From Candidatus Hydrogenedentota bacterium (GTDB lineage Bacteria; Hydrogenedentota; Hydrogenedentia; Hydrogenedentales; G963678445): DNA of 64,000 bases. Shown here in pieces: positions 1-8,304 of the stretch. The DNA lies in assembly GCA_963678445.1 (NCBI GenBank), contig OY782877.1, positions 2,602,503 to 2,666,502 on the forward strand, in the 5' to 3' direction. Positions within the stretch are counted from its first letter, which is position 1. Every line of letters begins with the position of its first letter. The notes under the pieces are model-generated. The model did no database searches, was not told the origin of the DNA, and saw nothing but the letters and a program-made list of their open reading frames with translations. Made by a program: the position numbers and the translations under genes.

Positions 1-819
1 ACAGCCTATACGGCATGTCAATGTCCGCGATGCAAAGCATTGCGTGCAAAAGAGGGTACACCGGCAGCCCCATGGTTAGCCGCAGTAAATCACCTTGCCG
101 AAGAAGTGGAACAAGCCTTTCCAGATGTAGACTACCGCTTACAAACGACGCTTGTGGGTGCATTGCACACCCCTCCGCAACAGTGGCGACCGCATGAAAA
201 TGTCGATATCCAGTTAGATAATCGCGATTGTGATTTTAGCGCCCCCCTGGAAGAGGGCTCCACACCCGAAAATGCCGCCTTTGTAGCCCATCTGAAAGCA
301 TGGACAAAAATAACAGCGCATGTGTGGGTTGTTGACACCGTATCCAGCTTCCAGCATGCATTGTGCCCTTTTCCCAACCTGCACGTGCTGCAACCCAATC
401 TGAGACTGTACGACGAGTACGAGGTGGAAGGGGTCCTGGCCCGCGCATGGCATGCGCCCGATACGCCGCTGGCGGAATTGGACCTGTTGCGTAACTATTT
501 AGTTTCTTCGTTACTTTGGGACCCTGATCTCCCCGTACACGTTTTACTCGATGAGTTCTGTTCCCAGTACTATGGACCGGCAGGGGACGCCGTTCAAAAC
601 TACGTCACCTTGTTGGCCGATGCCGTGAGCAAGGATTCCGTAAAACTACGTGCCGATGCGCCGCCCCAATGGTTTACGCCGGAACTGCTTGCAAAGGCAC
701 GCGCCCTATTTGAGGAAGTGCCGACAGAGCGCCTGAAAGACCCCTATATAAAACGTTTTGAACAGGTGCAAGCGCCTTTGCCGTATGTCGCGTCGCTGCT
801 TAAACCCAACGCCTCCTGA
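1..819 (+). CDS. Hypothetical protein, C-terminal fragment. Reading frame 1 is open from base 1, so the gene starts upstream of the window. Possibly a glycoside-hydrolase-associated DUF.
   Basis: Frame 1 has no stop from nt 1 to the stop at 817-819. ORF-track entry 40..819 is the Met-initiated part. Coding-like composition. No family assigned confidently. Confidence 0.45.
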   Translation, partial: TAYTACQCPRCKALRAKEGTPAAPWLAAVNHLAEEVEQAFPDVDYRLQTTLVGALHTPPQQWRPHENVDIQLDNRDCDFSAPLEEGSTPENAAFVAHLKAWTKITAHVWVVDTVSSFQHALCPFPNLHVLQPNLRLYDEYEVEGVLARAWHAPDTPLAELDLLRNYLVSSLLWDPDLPVHVLLDEFCSQYYGPAGDAVQNYVTLLADAVSKDSVKLRADAPPQWFTPELLAKARALFEEVPTERLKDPYIKRFEQVQAPLPYVASLLKPNAS

Positions 820-900
820 GTTCTGCCGCGTAAAACTGCTGGTGCGATTGTTCCCATGATGCTATGCTGAGATATAGGGCAATCAAGGGGGCGCCAGCAT

Positions 901-3399
901 ATGGAACGCATGCATGGTATTGTGCAACGTTTTGCGTTTTTAGTGACTAAAATTCCAAGAGTTGTCATAAAAAACGAAGTTTTGCTATGGTCAGGGACGG
1001 TGAGGACCAGACCTATAGCTTGCGGTCGCTGGACCGCTTTAGCGATCTTCAAAGCGGAAAAGGGAGCTGCAATTCGACGCTGGCTACAGCCCGTTTTCAT
1101 TCTTGGCGTGCTCATCGGCGGGATTAGCCTTTCCTATGCCGCGTTCGCATCATCCCACTATTTTTACAATGGTGCACAACGGGTCACGATATCGATACCA
1201 ACCGATGCGTTCTATGTCCAAGAAAAACCAGAACGTTCCCCTACACCCATTGTGCAACTATTTCCGGAGGCATTGTTCGAACGCAGTTATGCAAAGGGGA
1301 AGTATCTTTTACGCTTTCCTAACAAGCCGTTGGGGGAGCCCGCCCAAATTACAGCGCAATTACAAGAGGCCGGATGGGATGCCTTTCCTTTGATCTATTT
1401 CTCCGATACCCGCGAAGACATAAAAGGACAACGGCCCCGCATGTTGTTGCCCCGAATCAGTGTACGCCTTCCCGAGACAGCTTCGCTGGATAACCTGCTC
1501 GCCCGCTTCCCGGTTCAAAAAATAGAAGAAGTTGCCTACCTTCCCGATACATATATTCTGTCCCCCCTTTCGGATGTTTGGATTTCTGCTTTAGAGGTTG
1601 CCAATGCCCTGTATGAAAGCGGTCTGGTAGTATTTGCGACGCCGTGGGTTACGCAACGACGTGTGCTGCGAAGTATTCCCGATGATCCGCTGTTTTCTTC
1701 ACAATGGCACTTGCAGAATACCGCGCAAAACACGGGGGCGGTATCGGGTAACGATATCGATGTAGTCGATGCCTGGGACGATGCCACGGGGAGTGGGGTG
1801 CTTATTGCCATTACCGATGATGGTCTGGATCAAAGCCACGCAGATCTGGCTGCCCATGTAAGAGCCGACTTGGGACTCGACCTGGTAGATGACGATAACA
1901 ACCCTTCCGCAGGAGATCATGGCACCGCATGCGCCGGTTTGGCGGCTGCCATTGGAAATAACACGCTGGGCATTGCCGGGGTGGCCTACAATGCCGCGTT
2001 GGTCGGCGTGCGCCTCTTCGATTTAGAATATCCCGTGGACGATGATGAGGCGACAGCGTTTCAATACGGTGTTACAGCCGAAAATGACGCCGATATAATC
2101 GCTATTAATAACAATTCCTGGGGGCCTGCGGACGATGCCAGGCGTTTGGAAGGGCCGGGGCCGTTGGCGCAGGCGGCGTTGGAACAGGGGATACTGCAGG
2201 GACGCAACGGGAAAGGGGTTATTTATGTATGGGCAGGCGGTAATGGGCGTAGCCAAGGCGACAACGTAAACTACGATGGCTATGCCAACAGCCGTTATAC
2301 CATTGCCGTAGGTGCTTCCACCGATACCGGCGTATACGCTAGTTACAGCGAGGCGGGCGCGGCCCTGCTCCTAAACGCCCCCTCCAGCGGTGGAAACGCA
2401 GGCATTGTCACCACCGATTTTACCGGGGCAGCAGGCTATACCTCCACCGACTACGAAATGGATTTCGGCGGTACCTCCGCCTCCTGTCCACTCGTTTCCG
2501 GTGTCGTTGCGCTACTTTTGGAAACCAATCCAGCACTCACCTGGCGTGATGTACAAGATATCCTGCTGCGCAGCGCCACAAAGAACGATCCAACATCAGA
2601 CGGCTGGCGCACCAATGGAAGCGGCCTCTTGTTTCACCATGATTATGGATTTGGGCGTGTAAACGCAGAATTGGCAGTGAAAATGGCCCAGTCCTGGACC
2701 CTGCTTCCTGCTCAGGAGGCGGCACAAGAGTGGGAAGATGCCCCAGCAATGCCCATTCCTGATAACAACGCCCAAGGTATTGTGCTGCACAGATCGGTAA
2801 TTACGCCGGCCCGTTTCGTAGCGGAGCATGTTGAAGTGACGGTAGACATCAGTCACCCTCGACGCGGCGATTTGGAGATTAGTCTGATTTCACCCAGCGG
2901 TATGGAGTCGCAATTGACCAGAAAACACGATGACCCCAATGCCGACTTTTCCAACTGGTCCCTGATGTCGGTTGCTCACTGGGGAGAAGCGCCCAATGGC
3001 ATATGGACGCTCCGTGTTTGTGATCAACGCGGGGGCAATGTGGGGGTGCTCAACGCCTGGCGTTTAAGCATACATGGTTACCGTAGCGCCGATACAGTCC
3101 ACGAAGGAGAATCGGCCTATCATAGCGCCGACATCAACCAGGATGGCCAGATTAGCATAAGCGAACTCTTGCGGGTTATACAGCTCTATAACGCAAACGA
3201 ATACGGTTGCGACACCGGTTCAGAAGATGGCTACGCCCCTAACGGGTTGTTCCGTACCTGCCCGCCACACTACAGCGATTATGCCCCCGCAAACTGGCGC
3301 CTGGAACTTTCCGAACTGCTCCGCATCGTGCAGTTTTTCAATGCAACCGGCTATGAGCCTTGTGTGGAAAGCGAAGACGACTTTTGTCCTTTTCTTTAA
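901..3399 (+). CDS. Subtilisin-like serine protease of family S8 with a proprotein-convertase (kexin-like) P domain and a C-terminal dockerin-like or EF-hand-like segment. The true start is probably downstream of 901. An in-frame GTG at about 1108 precedes a hydrophobic signal or anchor segment.
   Basis: S8 catalytic motifs are present: Asp in IAITDDGLD, His in DHGTACAGLAAA and Ser in GGTSASCPLVSGVVALLLE. The P domain matches RRGDLEISLISPSGMESQL...WTLRVCD. The tail DINQDGQISISELLRVIQLYN matches a Ca-binding dockerin-like loop. The first 50 codons of the track ORF are occupied by a REP-like repeat. Confidence 0.85.
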   Translation: MERMHGIVQRFAFLVTKIPRVVIKNEVLLWSGTVRTRPIACGRWTALAIFKAEKGAAIRRWLQPVFILGVLIGGISLSYAAFASSHYFYNGAQRVTISIPTDAFYVQEKPERSPTPIVQLFPEALFERSYAKGKYLLRFPNKPLGEPAQITAQLQEAGWDAFPLIYFSDTREDIKGQRPRMLLPRISVRLPETASLDNLLARFPVQKIEEVAYLPDTYILSPLSDVWISALEVANALYESGLVVFATPWVTQRRVLRSIPDDPLFSSQWHLQNTAQNTGAVSGNDIDVVDAWDDATGSGVLIAITDDGLDQSHADLAAHVRADLGLDLVDDDNNPSAGDHGTACAGLAAAIGNNTLGIAGVAYNAALVGVRLFDLEYPVDDDEATAFQYGVTAENDADIIAINNNSWGPADDARRLEGPGPLAQAALEQGILQGRNGKGVIYVWAGGNGRSQGDNVNYDGYANSRYTIAVGASTDTGVYASYSEAGAALLLNAPSSGGNAGIVTTDFTGAAGYTSTDYEMDFGGTSASCPLVSGVVALLLETNPALTWRDVQDILLRSATKNDPTSDGWRTNGSGLLFHHDYGFGRVNAELAVKMAQSWTLLPAQEAAQEWEDAPAMPIPDNNAQGIVLHRSVITPARFVAEHVEVTVDISHPRRGDLEISLISPSGMESQLTRKHDDPNADFSNWSLMSVAHWGEAPNGIWTLRVCDQRGGNVGVLNAWRLSIHGYRSADTVHEGESAYHSADINQDGQISISELLRVIQLYNANEYGCDTGSEDGYAPNGLFRTCPPHYSDYAPANWRLELSELLRIVQFFNATGYEPCVESEDDFCPFL
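939..1048 (+). repeat. REP-like dispersed repeat copy, about 100 bp, ending in the GGTCGCTGGACCGCTTT motif.
   Basis: Sequence tagtgactaaaattcc...cttgcggtcgctggaccgcttt aligns with the units at 7901-8200, 32042-32165, 41502-41625, 45472-45612 and 59752-59870. Confidence 0.6.
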
Positions 3400-3451
3400 C
3401 GCCACTGTGTGCGCAGGTTGCTAACGGATACCACTGAGGCAGCGCGATTAT

Positions 3452-4036
3452 TTACTCCGCTGTCCCCGTCACGTCTTGTAGGGTCTTCTCGAGCTTCTCA
3501 ACATCGAACCCCTGCTGTGTCAGCTCCTCCACGATCGCATTATAGAGCTCCTCCTCCATATTCGGGGTGCGACTCAGTATCCAGAGCACACTGCGCGTCG
3601 GATTCGAAACCACCGCATAGCGATACGCTTCATCCAGCTGTATGATCCAATAATCAGCAGGGAAAAGGCACACGGGAAAAGGGTCGAAGCGTATCCGCAA
3701 TTTCGCGGGTTCATTTTCATCAGGAAGGGACGCATATCCTTGTATACGAGATACCTTCCCATCCAACGTTTCCTTATATCCCCGATTGATCAGGCGGATG
3801 CGGCCATCCTCCTCCAACGTATACTCCGCCGTGACCCCGACAAGGTTCCGTTCAAAAAAGACAGGAAAACGGGCGATTTCATACCAGAGTCCCATATACT
3901 GTGCGATATCCAGCTGCGCCACTGTCTGCGGTGGATTCTTTGCAGGACATCCCATGAGAAAAAGAGCACCCGTTACGCTCAAAAAAACGGTAATACTGGA
4001 TAGCCCCAGTATCCGGGCAGTGCTTTCCTTTTGCAT
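3452..4036 (-). CDS. blc: Outer-membrane lipoprotein of the bacterial lipocalin (Blc) family.
   Basis: Lipocalin motif YMGLWYEIARFP. Signal peptide with lipobox LFLMGC. The internal Met is preceded by AAAGGGGGAGACAA on the minus strand. The track ORF 3452..4090 was trimmed to this Met. Confidence 0.8.
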   Translation of the reverse strand: MQKESTARILGLSSITVFLSVTGALFLMGCPAKNPPQTVAQLDIAQYMGLWYEIARFPVFFERNLVGVTAEYTLEEDGRIRLINRGYKETLDGKVSRIQGYASLPDENEPAKLRIRFDPFPVCLFPADYWIIQLDEAYRYAVVSNPTRSVLWILSRTPNMEEELYNAIVEELTQQGFDVEKLEKTLQDVTGTAE

Positions 4037-4366
4037 TTGTCTCCCCCTTTCATTCGGCTTTCGAATAAGTCTACGCACGTAGCATAACATCAGGCCGCAG
4101 GAGCTTTAGTCCACCGAAAATATGCTAAAGCCTCTTAGCTAAGCCTAGCGTAGTGCAGAAAACCTGTCAAGGGAATTGTATAGCAGCATTTACAACGCTT
4201 TTCCCTGAAAGTACTCGTTATGTTTTTTCACAATCCATTTCTCTTTTTTTCTGTGTCCACACCCGTCAAGAAATACATTGTAGTCCTTGGAATGATCGTT
4301 CATAAAAACGGGATAATGTAAAAAATAGCAGTCTTTTTTATGGGCGGCTAGCGTGTTTTCCCCAAG

Positions 4367-4601
4367 TTATCCACAAGCACTTGGCAGCCCTCAATAGTAA
4401 TTTCTTGACAAAATAAACAGGAAGAATCCCCTTTCAAACGAAAATGAGATGTTTTTCGGGGTGCAATCTGCCTTAGAAATAGGTGGAGAATGGGGGTTTG
4501 ACTGATTATTAATGGATTGCGCCGAACTTTTAAGAAATTCGACCTTTTTTCATTCTCCGTCGTTAGACTTAGTCTAATTCGTTATCCACTGGTTATCCAC
4601 A
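4367..4601 (+). promoter_or_regulatory. Cluster of DnaA-box motifs. TTATCCACA occurs at about 4367-4375 and 4593-4601, and TTATCCACT at about 4582-4590. They sit in an AT-rich 960-bp intergenic region.
   Basis: Two exact matches to the DnaA-box consensus TTATCCACA and one 8/9 match. The tandem pair lies about 30-50 bp upstream of the -35 of the nrdDG promoter. Flanking A/T tracts are present. Confidence 0.4.
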
Positions 4602-4631
4602 GGATATAGGGGTCTCTTTTAAACAGACCCC

Positions 4632-4660
4632 TTGACATGGGGGACGAAGTGGGCTACAAT
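4632..4660 (+). promoter_or_regulatory. Near-consensus sigma70-type promoter for nrdDG, TTGACA-N17-TACAAT.
   Basis: cTTGACAtgggggacgaagtgggcTACAATc. Both hexamers are consensus or near-consensus and the spacer is 17 nt. The inverted repeat GGGGTCT-N10-AGACCCC at about 4608-4631 abuts the -35. Confidence 0.5.
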
Positions 4661-5051
4661 CAAATCCATCGTTGGTTGCGCTTGGGCGCATAAAGCCGAC
4701 GAACCTTTGATACGCTTTTTCATAGGCGAGAAAGCGGATCTTGAGGGGAAATGCAGTTTTGTATGCGGCATCCGGAGTGTGTTCTTGGGAGATTTCGTGT
4801 TTTTTACACTCTTGTCGATGTAGAAGTGGGGTGGCTGTATTCGATTGCACCAAAATGACAACAGGCGAGCTGTGTCTGTCCATAATTTGTGACGGTTGCT
4901 CCAGCAAGTGGTTCCGAAAGAACGAAGCTTCGCGATGGTGCAACAGGCAAGCGCTTGTTTATGGGTGTAGATAGAAAAGATGGTTGCTATTGGGTGTAGT
5001 CTTTGGGCTGCTGGGCGCATTTATATAACTGGGTGGAAGGGCGAAAGAGGG

Positions 5052-7211
5052 ATGAAAGCTGCGGCGCAGGAAGTACAAGATATACAAAAAGAGACCGAGA
5101 ATTCGTTTTTTACGGAGATTACCAAACGGGATGGTCGTCAAGCGCCTTTTGACGCGATGAAGATTACCCAGGCGCTACTGAAAGCGGGGCAGGCCACGGA
5201 TGAGTTTGGAGAAGATATCGCCCGACAGCTGACCATGCGGGTTTTGGTCGTATTACAAGCGATGCCCTATGAGGGGGCGCCCACAGTGGAACAGGTGCAG
5301 GATGTCGTAGAGCAGACGTTGCTGGTGTCGCCGTACAAACGCAGCGCCAAAGCCTATGTGTTATACCGTGATCAGCATGCCCGTATCCGTGAAATGGTGA
5401 AAAAGGCGGATGTCGACCTGATCGACCGATATTTGGAGCGTCTGGATTGGAAAGTCCAGGAAAACAGTAACATGGCCTATTCGCTGCAGGGCTTGAACAA
5501 CTATATCTCCAGCGAAGTAAGCAAGATTTACTGGCTGAACAAGATTTATACGCCCGATATTCGGGAAGCGCATAACAATGGCGATTTGCATGTACACGAT
5601 TTGGGCCTGCTTTCAGTCTATTGCGTGGGCTGGGATCTTCAGGATTTACTGCGTTGCGGTTTTCGCGGCGCTCCTGGTAAAGCAGAAAGTAGTCCGGCGC
5701 GCCACTTCCGTACAGCGCTGGGTCAGATTGTCAATTTCTTCTATACACTGCAGGGGGAAGCGGCTGGCGCGCAGGCGTTCAGCAATTTTGACACCCTTTT
5801 AGCACCGTTCATCCGCTATGACCAATTAGGCTATCCCGAAATCAAGCAGGCCTTGCAGGAATTTGTATTCAATCTCAATGTGGCCACCCGCGTGGGTTTT
5901 CAAACCCCGTTTACCAATGTCACGATGGATCTGCAACCCCCTGGCACCTTGGCAAATGAGCCGGTGATTATCGGTGGTGAGCTTAAATCGGAAACGTATG
6001 GCGACTTCCAGGAGGAAATGACCCTGCTGAATGCGGCCTTCCTTGAGGTGCTTTCCGAAGGCGACGCCAAGGGACGGGTTTTCAGTTTTCCAATCCCTAC
6101 ATATAATATTGCGGAGGATTTTGACTGGGAACGACCGGGATTGGACCGTTTGTGGGAAGTAACCGCGAAGTATGGTATTCCGTATTTTGCGAACTTTGTG
6201 AATTCGGACATGTCGCCCGATGATGCCCGCTCGATGTGCTGCCGACTGCGCCTCGATCTGCGTTCGTTGGAAAAGCGCGGCGGCGGTCTCTTTGGTGCTA
6301 ATCCGCTTACCGGTTCTATTGGCGTGGTCACGATCAACATGCCACGTCTGGGGCACCTGGCCAAAGATGAAGCCGATTTCATGGTGCGTCTGGATCGTCT
6401 TATGGAGGTGGCGCGCACCAGCCTGGAAACCAAGCGCAAGGTGCTGGAGCGTTTTACGGATAAGCATCTATATCCGTATACGAAATTCTATCTGCGCGAT
6501 ATCAAAAAACGCCACAAGCAGTATTGGTTTAACCATTTTTCGACCATTGGCCTTATCGGTATGAACGAGGCCTGTGTCAATTTGTTGGGTGTGGGCATCG
6601 GTACAGAAGAAGGGGTTGGTTTTGCCCAGCGCGTGCTCGATCACATGCGGGAACGCCTGACGCAGTTCCAAGAAGAGACAGGGAATTTCTACAATCTGGA
6701 AGCCACGCCCGCGGAAGGTACGACGTACCGCCTGGCGCGGTTGGACCGGGAACGCTTTCCGGGCATCCATTTTGCCAATGATCCGGAAATTGCAGACGGT
6801 GCGGAACCTTTTTACACCAATTCCACCCAGTTACCGGTGAATTACTGCGACGACGTTTTTCATGTGTTCGACTTGCAGGATAGCCTACAGGCGCGCTATA
6901 CCGGTGGCACCGTCCTGCACGTATTCCTGGGTGAGGCGGTGGCCGATCCTCAATCGGTAAAAACCTTTGTGAAGCAAGTGTGCAGCAATTACAAGCTGCC
7001 CTACTTCACCCTGTCTCCCAGTTTTTCGATATGTCCCAGCCATGGCTATCTGCGTGGAGAACATGCGGCCTGTCCGCAATGCGGCGCTACTACCGAAGTC
7101 TACTCACGCGTTGTAGGGTATCTCCGCCCCGTGAACCAGTGGAATGAAGGGAAACAGGCGGAATTTGAATTGCGTAGCCGCTACCAAATTGAGGCGACAT
7201 CATGCAAATAG
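5052..7211 (+). CDS. nrdD: Anaerobic ribonucleoside-triphosphate reductase, class III RNR.
   Basis: N-terminal ATP-cone (MKITQALLKAGQA...). C-terminal Cys cluster CPSHGY...CPQCG and the glycyl-radical motif RVVGYL. The start was moved to the Met preceded by AAAGAGGG. The track ORF starts at 4980. Confidence 0.9.
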   Translation: MKAAAQEVQDIQKETENSFFTEITKRDGRQAPFDAMKITQALLKAGQATDEFGEDIARQLTMRVLVVLQAMPYEGAPTVEQVQDVVEQTLLVSPYKRSAKAYVLYRDQHARIREMVKKADVDLIDRYLERLDWKVQENSNMAYSLQGLNNYISSEVSKIYWLNKIYTPDIREAHNNGDLHVHDLGLLSVYCVGWDLQDLLRCGFRGAPGKAESSPARHFRTALGQIVNFFYTLQGEAAGAQAFSNFDTLLAPFIRYDQLGYPEIKQALQEFVFNLNVATRVGFQTPFTNVTMDLQPPGTLANEPVIIGGELKSETYGDFQEEMTLLNAAFLEVLSEGDAKGRVFSFPIPTYNIAEDFDWERPGLDRLWEVTAKYGIPYFANFVNSDMSPDDARSMCCRLRLDLRSLEKRGGGLFGANPLTGSIGVVTINMPRLGHLAKDEADFMVRLDRLMEVARTSLETKRKVLERFTDKHLYPYTKFYLRDIKKRHKQYWFNHFSTIGLIGMNEACVNLLGVGIGTEEGVGFAQRVLDHMRERLTQFQEETGNFYNLEATPAEGTTYRLARLDRERFPGIHFANDPEIADGAEPFYTNSTQLPVNYCDDVFHVFDLQDSLQARYTGGTVLHVFLGEAVADPQSVKTFVKQVCSNYKLPYFTLSPSFSICPSHGYLRGEHAACPQCGATTEVYSRVVGYLRPVNQWNEGKQAEFELRSRYQIEATSCK

Positions 7212-7864
7212 GCGGTTTCCAACCTTTCACGCTTAGCGATTTTCCAGGGCATTTGGCGGCCATGGTATTTACACAAGGATGTAATTTCCGTTGCCCTTTC
7301 TGTCACAACGGCGCGTTGATTCCGAGTAGGGCAGCGGCAGGATTGATGCCGGAAGAAGAAGTGCTTTCTTTTTTGGAACAGCGTCGCAATCGTCTCACCG
7401 GTGTAGTGGTCACCGGCGGGGAGCCTACGATACAGCCGCGCCTGCCAGAGTTTTTGCGTCAGATAAAGGCGCTGGGCTATAAAGTGAAGCTGGACACCAA
7501 TGGCGCACGGCCTGCCGTATTGGCCGCATTGTTAGAAGAGGAGCTGCTGGATTACATCGCGATGGACCTCAAGGCGCCTCTAGAGCGCTATCACCGTTTG
7601 GCAGGGATTTGTGTGCCGGTACGCGATCTGGAAGAAAGCATTGCCATGATTTCATGGTCCGGCCTGGCCCACGAATTCCGCACGACGTTTGTAACGCCGT
7701 TGCTGAACCATCTCGATCTGATGGCGATACAAGCGTTGGTGCCGAGCAAATCGCACTATCGCGTGCAGCCCTTCGTGTCTGAGAATGCCCTCGATCCCGT
7801 ATTGCGTGGAGATGTGAAAGCGGTGCAGAAGCTCCCGAATACCACTACTGCAGAAGTTGCCTAA
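7202..7864 (+). CDS. nrdG: Anaerobic ribonucleotide reductase activating protein (radical SAM).
   Basis: CNFRCPFCHN is a CxxxCxxC radical-SAM motif. It overlaps the 3' end of nrdD by 10 nt, which is the typical operon arrangement. Confidence 0.85.
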   Translation: MQIGGFQPFTLSDFPGHLAAMVFTQGCNFRCPFCHNGALIPSRAAAGLMPEEEVLSFLEQRRNRLTGVVVTGGEPTIQPRLPEFLRQIKALGYKVKLDTNGARPAVLAALLEEELLDYIAMDLKAPLERYHRLAGICVPVRDLEESIAMISWSGLAHEFRTTFVTPLLNHLDLMAIQALVPSKSHYRVQPFVSENALDPVLRGDVKAVQKLPNTTTAEVA

Positions 7865-7895
7865 GCGAGCCGATAGGGAGATTCAGGCAACACAT

Positions 7896-8200
7896 TTAGT
7901 GACTTAAATCTGAAAAGCGGTCATCAAAAACGAAATTCCTGCTGCTGTCAGGAACGGTAAGGACCATATCTCTTGCTTGTGGTCGCTGGACCGCTTTGGT
8001 GGCTGACACCGCAAAAGCGGTCATCGAAGACGGAATTTCTGCTGCTGTCAGGAACGGCGAGGACCATATCTCTTGCTTGTGGTCGCTGGACCGCTTTGGT
8101 GACTGACACTGCAAAAGCGGTCATCGAAAACGGAATTTTTGCTGCTGTCAGGAACGGCGAGGACCATATCTCTTGCTTGTGGTCGCTGGACCACTTTAGT
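7896..8200 (+). repeat. Tandem array of three near-identical 100-bp REP-like units at 7901-8000, 8001-8100 and 8101-8200.
   Basis: The unit ...gcaaaagcggtcatcgaaRacgRaattYYtgctgctgtcaggaacggYRaggaccatatctcttgcttgtggtcgctggaccgctttggtg is repeated three times with a few substitutions. The motif GGACCGCTTT at each unit end can pair with AAAAGCGGTC at the next unit start. Confidence 0.85.
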
Positions 8201-8304
8201 AAGATCGCGGCAAGGCTCCTATGCTTTACAGCGAAGCTGGAGGTTGTACCTACAGCAATGGCCCCATGCAGCGTGCCACCCATTGCATATATCGAGGTAG
8301 TGCC

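Noticed and set aside
4255-4263. Additional DnaA-box-like sequence tgtccacac.
   Set aside because: Only 6/9 matches to TTATCCACA. Too weak to count as a box.
4660-5051. Possible cobalamin or other riboswitch in the 390-nt nrdD leader.
   Set aside because: I could not find the B12-box (GCCACTG-like core) or other hallmark riboswitch motifs by eye. It is left as an open possibility under the nrdDG finding. An Rfam scan is needed.
7896-8200. Tandem repeat array considered as a possible CRISPR array.
   Set aside because: The units are 100 bp and near-identical along their whole length. There are no unique spacers. The period is not the 28-37 bp repeat plus 30-40 bp spacer structure of CRISPR. 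No cas genes are nearby. It is a tandem REP-like array.
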